From contig NW_021836336.1 of assembly GCF_006345805.1 (NCBI RefSeq), positions 1 to 24,372 of the forward strand: a stretch of DNA of 24,372 nucleotides, written 5' to 3'. The DNA is from Octopus sinensis. Taxonomy: Eukaryota. Shown piece by piece: positions 1-11,412 of the stretch; positions within the stretch are counted from its first letter, which is position 1; each line of letters starts with the position of its first letter. The position numbers and the translations under genes were made by a program. Below the pieces are notes generated by a model. It saw only the letters and a program-made list of their open reading frames with translations, had not been told where the DNA came from and made no database searches.

Positions 1-1509
1 TCAGATATACGGGTGTCCGTATATAACTTTCAGGATTGCCCCAAATAGTTAAGTATTATTTAATCATAAACATTATTCAACTCCATATACTTTCTACTTT
101 TTGCAGCATTGTTCCAGTTATGGTATTTGAAAAAAATGATTTTAGATATTTGTGATATATATATATATACATATATATATGCCTACATACATAAATACAT
201 ACATACATATATACATGCACGTACAGCAAATACACACACACACACACACACATACGTATGCGTACATATGCATACAAAATATGATAATATTCACTAACCA
301 CGATAAATGTAGTTATTTGCTTATACGTATTTGTGTGTGTGAGTATTTATATGCATAAATGTATACATTCAAATGTCTGCGATGCAAATGCAATAATATA
401 CAAAGAGAAATCTATAACCTACAGAAATAGGAAAATAATTATGTTAAATATAGCCATTTCTTCGTGTGTCTATCCATAATACTTTTTATACCCTTCCATA
501 CTCGTTTCCCATGTACATATTTACCAATTGTACTTCTTTTTCTAGCATCAAATTTGGCATCGCTACTCTCTCCCTCACTCTGCTTCGTCTCTATCTCACC
601 CTCTCACTTTTTCTCATACTTATATATATATATAATATATATATCCATATATACACACATATATATGCATACATACATAAGTGCATGTATGTACATACAT
701 ATATACATAAACATATATATACAAACACATATATAAATATATATGTGTGTGTGTGTGTGTGTGTGCGTATGTATGTATATGTTATACCAAAATACATCAA
801 AAAGTTAAGCAAGATTCACCTTGATAATTTTTATTCTTAAGTCTTCTTGCACCGATTGCTAGGGGCTTGTTATAAATATAAAATATTGGGTGGAGATGCA
901 AGAAATTTTAAACGTTATTTTAGAATATATACTCTGTTAGTCTGCTGTCTCAATATTGTTAGCATCAACTTCTTTGATTTTCGAACACCTAAAAATCTGA
1001 ATGACGAGATACTTAGAAAATATATTACAATATCAAGTACGATAACCGTGCTGTTTCGCTGTAGTCGGGATATATTGTAAAATGATATATATAATCCATG
1101 TGGGTGAGAAGTTTAAAACGTCATGCAGAAGAAACAAAATATATGGAAGCCGATGTATGTGAAATACAATAGGTGGCAAGATGGAAGTGTCGTTTAAACA
1201 CTGGATAAATGCAGAATATATTCTTGTCGATGGGATCTGTTTTGTCTGTTTTACATTTTGTCTTTCCGCCGACATGATACACGAAAACAGTCAAGAGTTA
1301 TCGGGTAGCAAAGTCATTTGAACGGGATGATTTGGCGTATATGTTCCGGCTTTTTGTTTTCTGTGTTCAACTTTAGCGGCCATCTATTTCCATGTTAAAT
1401 TTAATCTTTGACGTAGATGAACACAATTATCTTCTCCTTGGCTACATTTAACATTCGAATCAGGTTTACAAGTTCTTCAGTCTGATGTAACCTTCCACCA
1501 CTGCCATCT

Positions 1510-1623
1510 ATGGCCACGGGCACCAAGTTACAATCTATGAGTAGCGAGCTGCTTCCGGACAAAGTGATAGAAAAAATATTTCAAGAATTCTTCAACTACG
1601 AAAAGGTCCGAACCTTGTTTTGA
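1510..1623 (+). other. Small ORF or candidate coding exon (MATGTKLQSMSSELLPDKVIEKIFQEFFNYEKVRTLF*), weakly F-box-like
   Basis: Hand translation of non-repetitive sequence. LLPDKVIEKIF resembles the LPxEhhxxIF start of F-box motifs. Possible weak donor AAG|GTCCGA after 1605. No homology search was run. Confidence 0.15.
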
Positions 1624-1681
1624 TGTGATGGCTTATGTGTCTCAATGAGTGTAAGAGCTAAGCTGGAAGAGCATTAGCTTC

Positions 1682-1710
1682 CGTTACGTCCCCCTTCCAT
1701 GCTGGACGGC
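1682..1710 (-). mobile_element. Possible degenerate 3'-terminal fragment of an RTE-type LINE
   Basis: cgttacgtcccccttccatgctggacgg resembles the reverse complement of an octopus RTE 3' end as I recall it (ttaacgtccgccttccatgctg...gacgg). The match is very short. Confidence 0.25.
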
Positions 1711-2619
1711 TGAGAGAATAGAGGCCACACTAATATAAACCACTTCTTCCCAGATATAGAAATGTTTAAAGAGTATTGTTTACCTTCTATTTTTTATAGG
1801 TTACATCTTGTCTCTGGTACATTTCTTTCTTTCTCTCGCCATTAAATTTTTTGCATTAGATTTCTATCAATTTCTCGGCAATCAACTTCTCTGCTCTTAT
1901 AGTTTACTTTCTCTCACTTTCGTTCTATCTCTGTCTCTCTCTGCCTGTCTCTCTCTCTCTCTCTCAACTTTCGATTTCACACTAGTCAACTCATCTCTCC
2001 TCCAACTCTCTTTACTTCTAACTTTCCCGCCATGATTTTTCTCTTCTCATATTTCTATTTCTACTGCCTAACTTCTTTGTTTTTGATATCTGACGTGCAA
2101 CTAAACACTTCTTTCCTTCTGCCTCTTTTTCTTCAAGACTTACTCTCCATTATTTCATCTTAGCGAAGTCCGCACTATCGTTTCTTATTTGTTGTTATTC
2201 TTTCGTTCTCTTGCCGACAGACCATACTATCTAATCATTTTCCTAACTTAGTATTGAGTTTTATTCGTCTTAGCCTTGCGAGATACTTTCCGTTTGTATA
2301 TTAATGTCATCCTGTGTTGACAGAAACACGTGCACACAAACGTGTGCAATTCTGTTAATTAATACGCCAAAACTGCCTGGTTCTACAGTCGATAACTGTT
2401 AAAGTAGTATGGATACTTTGCTTCTGTCTTGGATGTATGTTTTACCTGTTGTCTGAGCTTAATTTGTCTTGTATTTACTTATATATATAGAGAGAGAAAT
2501 AGATAGATAGATAGATAGGAAAAAAACATAGATATCTAGATTGAGAACAAGATTGATTGATAGATATTCTAATCTACATTCATATAAAGATATATATTTA
2601 CAGATATACCATATGTGAT

Positions 2620-3255
2620 TATTTTATATGAATCATGCAATGTTTCGTTTTTATTGGCCCAATCAATGCTTTCATTATTAGGATTCTGCTGTTGTGGCGG
2701 AGCAGTAGGCAGTGTTGGGGTTTCAGCTTGTAGTCGATATTATTGCTTTCGATAAGAGCTTTTTTTTTTGTTCGGAAGGCTTCATTGTAGTTGTTGTAGC
2801 TCTCATTGTTCTTATAACTCATACCACCCCTCCAACAGATGTTATTGTACATCATGTCATTATCTCGATGATATTCATCCTACCTATTGTTCCACAATTA
2901 TTGTGGATAATATTCTTGTTTATGCGCTTATTTCTGTTGTTGTTGTTGCACTTCATGTTTTTTGTTGATCTAATTAATGGTGGGCTTAGTATTGTTTTTC
3001 ATTTATAGTTATTTTGGATTTCATATTGGAAATGTTGTAGTGGTTGTTGTAATTCCTATTTTGGTTTTTACCTTTAGTATAACCAATTTATTGATGTTGT
3101 TTTGAATACTTGTGAAGATTATATATTTATTTTTTTGTTGTTATGTTTACCGTTCCTTTTGTTCTTGCAGATAAGATAATTGCTGGTGCATCTCTTGGAT
3201 TCTGTTATACAATTCTTAAGCTTATAATTTACCAGCCTTATAGCTGGTGATCGCA
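2620..3255 (-). pseudogene. Decayed Q/N/Y-rich ORF, probably a remnant of a retroelement gag/ORF1-like region
   Basis: Minus-strand translation with a few frameshifts: KL*A*ELYNRIQEMHQQLSYLQEQKER*T*QQKNKY ... NQNRNYNNHYN ... HEVQQQQQK*AHKQEYYPQ*LWNNR*DEYHRDNDMMYNN ... YRLQAETPTLPTAPPQQQNPNNESIDWANKNET. The stops are TAA/TAG inside Gln-rich runs, consistent with CAA/CAG to TAA/TAG decay. Confidence 0.5.
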
Positions 3256-3338
3256 TATTACACACACATACATGCGAGTATAAATATACAAATATATATG
3301 TGTGTGATAATAGATATACATCTGAGTGTATTTGCAAG

Positions 3339-3545
3339 TGTGTGAATGGATGTTCCATTCAGACTTCGTGTGTGCCTTTATAGCATCTTTGTATATATAT
3401 GTGTGTATATATATATTATATATATATATATATAGTATATATATATATGTATATATATATATACATACATACATAATACATATATAATATATATTATATA
3501 TATATATGTATGTATGATATATGTATGTATATACATATAATATAT

Positions 3546-3593
<48 letters not shown>

Positions 3594-3655
3594 ATATATA
3601 TACAAAGATGCATATAAAGGCACACACGAAGTCTGAATGGAACATCCATTCACAC

Positions 3656-3656
<1 letters not shown>
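3339..3656. repeat. Near-perfect inverted repeat (65/66-bp arms) around a (TA)n-rich spacer
   Basis: 3339-3403 is the reverse complement of 3591-3656 except for a 1-nt indel. Each arm contains the internal hairpin gaatgga-tgt-tccattc. Confidence 0.9.
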
Positions 3657-3698
<42 letters not shown>

Positions 3699-4587
3699 CA
3701 ATATATAATCTATATATATTATGTATATATATATATATATATATATATCCATGAATACTTGCATAAAAGAATAAATACATTCATATATACATAATACGTT
3801 TGTGTACTTTTGTATGTATATGCGTGTAACTGTGTATGCGCATGTAGAAAGCATTCTGCGTCTCTCTTTCTAATCATATATTTATAGTTGTCTATCTGTT
3901 TATCAATTTATTTATCTCATCTAAATGTATGTGTATGTGAGGTGTGTGTTTGTGTGTATGTCTATATTTGTGACTCTGTATATCAATGAATTTATCTATC
4001 GACTTTATGTTCAGGTATGGATGTATATATATACACACACATATATAAATATATATATACACACACATATATAAATAGATAGATATACACATACATGTAT
4101 ATACATATATATATCGCTGCCTTCCATTATTGTTTTGTCATAGCGAACTCTATTTCCTCTGCCCTATCTAGGCTGATGTCTCGTTAATCGCCTAATACTT
4201 TATCAGCTTGAAAAACCTCCTTACTTTTCTCTTTGTCGATTGCCGGCGATCAATTTATAGTAAGATATCTGAAGAATCGATCGTGAAAGCCACTCTAGGC
4301 CCGAATACTTCTGGCAGGTATGTATCAGGTTTCGTTAATTGCTTTAAAAACGGAATTCTGAATACTACAATGTTGAGCAAACTCATTTTTTTTGTCTTTA
4401 TATTTTCATATTCATTTTTGCGCTTTAAATATCCCTCTCTGTTGCCTTCCTCTCATCCTCTGTTTTCCTCCTCCTCCACATTTCTCTCCTTTCTCCCTTT
4501 TTACTACATTTTTCTCTCTCCATCTTATTCTTATTAGTCTCTCTCTCTTTCTCTCCCTCTCTCCCTCTCTATCTATCTAGATGTTTA

Positions 4588-4599
<12 letters not shown>

Positions 4600-4620
<21 letters not shown>

Positions 4621-4780
4621 CTATCTATTTATTTATCGATATATATATATATATATATACATACCTATATATATATATATATACATATATATCCACACAC
4701 ACATATATATTTATGCATATATATATATATATATATATATATTTGCTAACTAATCTATTTCAGAGATTTAATACTGCCTA

Positions 4781-4850
<70 letters not shown>
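4600..4850. repeat. Compound (TATC)n/(TA)n microsatellite
   Basis: Directly visible. Confidence 0.95.
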
Positions 4851-4853
<3 letters not shown>

Positions 4854-5389
4854 CTGACTTTGTTCGTGTGTTTGTTGTGTCTGTGTCTGTGTTTGCGTGT
4901 GTGCTGGGGTGTCTTTGTGAGGGCGAGTTTCTATATATGTTGAAATACGTAAATAAAACTGAACTAAATGAACACAGTATTGATTAAGAACTTACATTGA
5001 TTTATTGGTACACATACATACGAATACAGAAATTTCGTGTTTTTGCGAGTATAGTGTGTGAAGGTAAGATTGTATTTTAGAGAACTAATACTCTTTCGTG
5101 TGTCCGTATGGGTTTGTGAAAAAAAACTTGCCATCGGATATGTTTCGTATGTCGTATATTCATTTGCAGTTTATTATTTCATGCACAATGTCTATTTATT
5201 TCTCTGTCATACATATCGAAGAATTTTATTATATTATACTTTTCAGCGAGAATTAATTAACTTGGCGCATCGTATGCAGATTTTACTGCTAACCTTTGGA
5301 ATGGAATGAGATAACTAAAGAAATAATTAGATAAATAATTGAAGCCGAGAAGAAATGACGAATTGAAAATGTTAAATACTGAGTGGAAC

Positions 5390-5505
5390 TAAGGCGGTGA
5401 CTGGGCAGAATTGGTACCGCGTTGGAATGATACTTTATGGTATTTTTTCTAATTCATACTGTCTTGAGTTCAAAATCCGCCGGGGTCAACTTTGCGATTC
5501 ATCCT
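5390..5505 (+). mobile_element. Degenerate 5' part of a tRNA-derived SINE (family 1, aaggcggcgagctggcagaa type)
   Basis: taaggcggtgactgggcagaa ... gagttcaaaatccgccggggtcaactttgcgattcatcctt matches the intact copy at 11437-11664. It is interrupted by the SINE that follows. Confidence 0.7.
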
Positions 5506-5934
5506 TACTCTGTACTCTTTACTCTTTTACGTGTTTCAGTCATTTGACTGTGGCCATGCTGGACCAACACCTTTAGTCGAGCAAATCAACTCCAGGACTT
5601 ATTCTTTGGAAGCCTAGTACTTATTCTATCGGACTCTTTTGCCGAACCGCTAAGTTACGGGGACGTAAACACAGCAGCATCGGTTGTCAAGCGATGTTGG
5701 GGAGACAAACACAGAACCACAAACGTATACACATACACATACACACATATATATATTATATACATATATACTACGGGCTTCTTTCAGTTTCTGTCTACCA
5801 AATCCACCCACAAGGCTTTGGTCGGCCCGAGGCTACAGTAGAAGACACTTGCCCAAAGTGCTATGCAGTGGGACTGAACCCGGATCCATGTGGTTCGTAA
5901 GCAAGCTACTTACCACACAGCCACTCCTACGCCT
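5506..5934 (-). mobile_element. Full-length octopus-type tRNA-derived SINE (family 2, internal TA/CA repeat)
   Basis: The reverse complement carries an A-box-like GTGGCTGTGTGG, a B-box-like GGTTCAGTCCC, the body gacagaaactgaaagaagcccgt, an internal microsatellite and a (aaaagagt)n tail. It is homologous to 6169-6646 and 15150-15533. Confidence 0.9.
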
Positions 5935-6168
5935 ATCGACAAAGATACCAGATAAGCACTAGCATCAATGTAATCAATTTACCTATTTCCCTCAGAATTG
6001 TTGGTTTTATGATAACATTGGGAAATTTATTGTGATGATCTCAGGCGTCTTATTTACAAGAACGTCCTCAACTGAAGATGGAACTGAGAATGCAACAAGA
6101 GGAAAGTATAGTGCTGAAGGTAAAGACATTTCTCAAAGTTGTCTCCCCTTTAGAAAAGGAAAATATTT

Positions 6169-6646
6169 GTCGCTGTGGCTGTATGGTAAGAAGCTTGCTT
6201 TTCCACCACATGGTTCCGCGTTCAGTCCCACTGCGTGATACCTTGAGCAGGTTTCTTCTACTATAGCCTTCGGCTGACCAGGTCCTTGTGAGGAATTAGT
6301 AGACGGAAACTGAAAGAAGCCCGTCGTATATATATATATGTGTGTGCGTATGTGTGTGTGTGCGTGCGGTGTGTGTGCGTGTGGTGTGTGTATGTGGTGC
6401 GTGTGGTGTTGGTGTGTGTGTGTGTGTGTTGCGTGTGTGCGTGTGTGTGTATCTGTGTGTGTGTGTTTTTGAGTCTGTGGTCTTTGACAGCTGGTGTTGG
6501 TGCGTTTGCTTCTCCGTATCTAGCGGTTCAGCTAAGGAAAACGATAGAATAAGTTCTAAGGACGATTTGCTCGACTTAGTAAAAAAAAAATGTTGCCCCA
6601 GCAATGTCTGCTGTCAAATGACTTAAACAAGTGAAAGAAAAAAAAG
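6169..6646 (+). mobile_element. Full-length family-2 SINE, inverted relative to 5506-5934
   Basis: gtggctgtatggtaagaagcttgct...gttcagtcccactgcg...gacggaaactgaaagaagcccgtcg...(TG)n...gtcaaatgacttaaacaagtgaaag. Confidence 0.85.
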
Positions 6647-6774
6647 AAAAGATAAATCTTGGTTTCGATGGATATGCATTATGAATCTCGACGTATTGAC
6701 TTCAGCTCATATATATATACATATACACACACACACACACAAACACACACACATATATATATATATATATATGC

Positions 6775-6863
6775 TCGATGTGCTTCTTTCAGTTTCCATC
6801 TCCCAATCCACTCACAAGACTTTGGTCGGCCTGATGCTATAGCAGAATACACTTGCCCAAGGT
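6775..6863 (-). mobile_element. Family-2 SINE internal fragment
   Basis: gcttctttcagtttccatctcccaatccactcacaagactttggtcggcc...cacttgcccaaggtg is homologous to 5777-5860. Confidence 0.8.
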
Positions 6864-7060
6864 GATACATATTTAATAAGTCGAGGAACTAAATTCCCTT
6901 ACGGGATGCGAGTATCTTAGTTCACCGGTTTATACGAACGTTCAGAGAAGACCAAGTACATATAGGTATCTAAATAAACTTTAAAATAAGAAAATGAAAT
7001 GTGTGTATGTATGTATGATTATTGCTCTGTTTGTTTGTGTGTGTTTGTGTGTGTGTGTGT

Positions 7061-7245
7061 GCTTTGTTACACCATCACCGCTTGACAACTAGTGCTGTAG
7101 TGTTTACGTCGTTGTAATCAGGCTTTTCTGCAAAAGAGATTGATATAATAAGTACTGGGGTTGATACATTCGACTAAAGATTCTTCAGAGTGATGTCCCA
7201 GCATGACCACTGACTAATGACTGATACAAGTAAAAGAGAAAAAGA
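7061..7245 (+). mobile_element. Family-2 SINE 3' half, diverged
   Basis: cgcttgacaac...gtgtttacgtc...ataagtact...ccagcatgacc...aatgactgatacaagtaaaagag is homologous to the 3' half of 15150-15533. Confidence 0.75.
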
Positions 7246-7744
7246 AGTAGGATACAAATCCTTTCATTATTATTTCCGAAACTTCAATCTGACTGAGCAG
7301 CCTTGATATGCCCTGATAACATCATTGCCAAGCTGTGTCGCCCCAAAGACGTTCTGTTTTTTTTTTTATTTTTTTCCTCTTGAATAAACATCGCTAACGT
7401 GGAGATTGGCGAAGGCCGCTGTGCTTTCCGAATTATCATTCAAATTTTGGGCAACAATTCGTATATTGCTCAACTATACAATTAACTTCCCAGCTATATG
7501 TGGATAGATACTGATTTTGCAAGAACTAGGCAGCAGAAAATCATATCAAAGATAGTTATTTTATGTTGATTGCATGTTGATGTTAGCTTACTTATTTTAA
7601 CATTTTTAAAAATATTTTTTTGATAATTATGTTTAGGCATTGATCTTCTACAGCTAAAACAGATGTTGTAGTCATGTCTTTAGTCAAATGATTTCGAACC
7701 ATTGTTAGCTTTCATATTGACTCATTTCCTTGCCGTGCGGTCTT

Positions 7745-8340
7745 GTAAGATACAGAGAATGGAGAGGTTTTTCTTTCATTTTTCTTCGGTATCTCTTTAA
7801 GTTTCTTTGATGTAATATTTTGTTGCTTATTTTTAACGTTTTTGTTGTTTATTCTTATCGAAACCTATTTCTCAATGTAATTAGCTTGTAGTGTGTACTT
7901 AAACTTTTCTTTATATATACACAGGGAAAAAAATGTTCCTCTTTTCATGTCGCTTTATTATACTAATTATTCTATCTTTGCTTGCTTCCAAGTATATTTC
8001 TAGACCAACTGTGGATACTTTGTAATAGATTTCTATTTATATAAAAAACCCTTCTTCGGTTTGTGTGTAGTAGATAAGTGCAGTCTATATCAATCTATAT
8101 CATCTTTCAAAGTGGTGTGTTCAGAATAAGCTAGTAGTTTTCTGGTTTTCTAAATCTAGGCTCTTCGCTCCTCTTTATCTTTCAGTTTATGATTCTCAAG
8201 CTGTAGTTTATTACTAAGATGGCAAGTGTATTTATACCTATAATTATATTTCTGGCATTCAATTCGGTTTTCATATTAGATGATTCTTCTCTCTGTAACA
8301 TTCTCCTTCATTTTTATACATTATATCCTATCCCATATAT
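7745..8340 (-). mobile_element. Degraded non-LTR retrotransposon fragment, R4/Dong-like region just C-terminal to the RT domain
   Basis: Frame-shifted minus-strand translation: MKTELNARNIIIGINTLAILVINYSLRIIN* ... KTRKLLA ... EEGFFI*IEIYYKVSTVGLEIYLEASKDRIISIIKRHEKR. This matches the LKSELNxRNxxxAINTxAxPVxxYSxxIIxW...RKTRKLL...GGRGLxQLE pattern I recall for R4/Dong-type LINEs. Confidence 0.75.
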
Positions 8341-9185
8341 CATATTCATAATTCAAATTTTCATTAACATATTTCAAGTTATACAGACACACATACACAT
8401 ACACTTATATGCGTGTGTGTGTGTATGTGTGTGTAGTTTAATGTTTCAGGTTTAATTAATTTCACTCTAAACTTGTAAAGTTTGTCTAAACACATTCTCA
8501 CCTTTTATATCACTGCTGTTAAATGTACGTCCTACAAATGGATTTGTCACTTCTATATAATTTTTTAAAACCATCCACATGTTCTTAGCTCATAGCATAA
8601 GTATAACTATCATTAGCGTTAGTACTTAGTAGTTATAAAAAGAAACAGAAACACTGCTGTGTCTCATATAGACAAACAGGATCGAATTTAAAAATTAGTG
8701 TTCAGTATAAGTTGAGATAATGCGTTTCCCTCGAGTGCATTAATGATACAACGTTAGGTGGACATTATTATAACACAATCATAAGCGCATTGTACTTAAA
8801 CACTGCTATATTTCTGTTGTATTAATTTAGCTCATATCATATTAGAGTCTAACCTTTGTTCCTTGATTTCTCGACTGAATAATAGACTCCAATGTGTGCG
8901 TTATTATCTTAGAATGATGAACACTTTATACATTTTCACTCCCATATAATTTGTCATAATAACATAGCGCTAATATCCTCTGTGTATCACATATATCTGA
9001 CCTAGCTTAGCGATCTGCACAGCCACAATGCTTAGCATAACGTATGTCCAACGACAAAGTGTCCAATTGAGCCACACATGTCCTAGAGTCATGTGCATTT
9101 GATTCCACACACACACATACACACATACATGCACACACATATACACACAAAGGTATAGTATACTATTTTGCGTATCCATGTATGC

Positions 9186-9239
<54 letters not shown>

Positions 9240-9451
9240 TTACATACATACACACACACATATATATATATATATAAATGTACACAAATATAGGCAGAAA
9301 CAAATACGCAAACGCACACACACACACATATATATATATATATAGGTATACACCCATATCAACATGTATACATATATGCATATCTATATATCTATATGTA
9401 TATATCTGTATATCTATATCTTTATAGGGACCTAAATAAAACATATGCTTG

Positions 9452-9528
9452 CATACATACATACATACATACATACATACATACATACATACATACATAC
9501 ATACATACATACATACATACATACATAC
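9452..9528. repeat. (CATA)n tetranucleotide microsatellite
   Basis: Directly visible. Confidence 0.95.
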
Positions 9529-10692
9529 GCGCATTCATACATATACATATCCATGGATTCACGGATGCCTACATACATATAGAAGCTATAATGTAAGATA
9601 TGTTTCATAATAAAATTATGTTTAAATTCGGTGTAAATGATGCGTCAGTGATGGAAAATCGCTACTGAAAAAGAAGGACAATCGGTTCATCAGCATCCGT
9701 TTTTATTTCATAATTCGTGTGATATTGTGAATCAATATCTTACACTTGCCGATGTGAAGTACAACATACTACGACATGAATTATGTATACAAATTCTGGC
9801 TAACATAAATTAACATAAATCAACTTATATTTTCGTACAACTTTGTCGGTAACATTTTAAGAATAAACTAAACGCACCAACACTGAACGAAATTCAATAA
9901 ACACGTGTAGGAAATTCACATAATTATATTTTGAAAATATATTTAATATCATGGAGATATGTTTCCATGTAGAAACTTATAGTCTTTTCACTTGCAGGAA
10001 AGTACGTATCCGTAATAAAAACGGATAAGGCTGAATGATAGGCAGATTTAAACAGAAACAAGTACAGCAGGCGGTATGTTGGGTCCGCCCCCAGACCTTA
10101 CCAAAATATGGCTTGTACGAATGTTTCAGGACCGTCGTACAGTGACAGACGCAAGAGTTTTGCTTGTGCGGTGTGGTGGAGGTCGGGCGGCTCTCAATTG
10201 ACCAACCGTGAGGAAGATAATGATAATTTTAAATTCAAAACCAATAGTGTATTTATGTCATAAGGAAAATTACTAACTGGAACCCGGACATACATATATA
10301 CCGCTCTGGATCCTAATGTAAGCGTTATTAATAATATTATGAATGATAATAATGGTAACATTAATGGTATTGACAACGATATGATGCTAACTTTAATGAC
10401 ACTTTAGAAATTAGTATGAAGTAATATAATGTACTATTGACTATGTATAGTTGCATCTAGGTACTAATTTGTGTATGTATTATCACAATATTAAGTCGAA
10501 AAACTGAGAGACATTGAATGTGGAACACATAATATGTTTACTAATTTATATATTTATTTATATCATTATGTATATGTATATTTTTATATGTATAAGAGTG
10601 TGAGTATATGCACTCATATGTATATGTATATGTTGTATTATGGGTATGCACCCACACCCATGTGGTATATATTTAACTGATTTATATACATA

Positions 10693-10819
10693 ATCTCCGA
10701 AGAGGCCTTATGATATTTTTGTAAATGTCTCATTTATATCTATATATTGACCTACCATAAAAGGCTAATATTGGTAACATGAGACGTACTTATCTACATG
10801 GCCGAAACAGCTGTAAGGT
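10693..10819 (+). ncRNA. Type-I hammerhead-like motif with CCGAAGA core and long stem II insertion (Penelope-like element terminus)
   Basis: Stem I atct (10693-96) pairs with aggt (10816-19). Core CCGAAGA at 10697-703. Stem II GGCC (10704-07) pairs with GGCC (10800-03). GAAA at 10804-07, palindrome ACAGCTGT, UA cleavage site at 10814-15. Confidence 0.6.
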
Positions 10820-11412
10820 GTAATCTATACTTATATTTATATTTACTTATATTTATATTCTCTTTTATATATATTCTACTTATTATACAACATTACTCTT
10901 TTGTGTACACTTTTTTATGTACATGCATTTATGTACACTGATTTGTTCTGCTTTTTATATTTAACCCTACAGTCTCTTATGTGGTGGTTTAATAAAGTAT
11001 GTGATTGAGTATTATCTGGTAATTGATATTTGATTTAGATGTATTTCTCCATTTTCTTATCTTGTATTAGTAATTTGTGGTAAATCATTTTACCTTTTGG
11101 CCCATATAATACAGTAAATGAATTGATTGCATCGCAATCATTAACATTTATGTATTAACTTTGTAAGGTACTTCACTTGCAGTATATTGGATATATGTTA
11201 TCCCATGGCAGGTTGCATTTACAACCCCTATCTCAATTTGTACGTATAAATATATATATATTAATCAATGAAATTTCAACTGAGCCTAATTTTCACGTTT
11301 ATCATTTGAAAGTTTTCTGCATATACAACATAGAAATAAACCAATACTGTCATGCGTTAAGCAGTCATAAGGTTTATATAATGATAGTCGTATTCCACAA
11401 TTGACATGTGCG

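Noticed and set aside
77-840. ORFs reading YIYI, HTHT or CVCV here and throughout the window (for example 3238-3854, 4581-4987, 9089-9596, 15109-15858, 16304-16694, 21487-21975, 22708-22956)
   Set aside because: They are translations of dinucleotide and tetranucleotide microsatellites or SINEs, which lack stop codons in several frames.
2712-3008. Hydrophobic 98-aa plus-strand ORF, and a nearby strong acceptor at 3170 giving DKIIAGASLGFCYTILKLIIYQPYSW*
   Set aside because: They are antisense to the Q/N-rich decayed ORF. CAA/AAC/AAT codons give hydrophobic codons and pyrimidine tracts on the other strand.
4264-4300. CTGAAGA...GAAA hammerhead-like spacing
   Set aside because: Stem II is poor and no stem I pairing forms at any candidate cleavage site.
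8219-8455. Signal-peptide-like ORF MASVFIPIIIFLAF...
   Set aside because: It is antisense to the R4/Dong-like LINE fragment.
10194-10376. Signal-peptide-like minus-strand ORF MSIPLMLPLLSFIILLITLTLGSRA...
   Set aside because: The hydrophobicity comes from AAT/ATT low-complexity sequence, and there is no other support.
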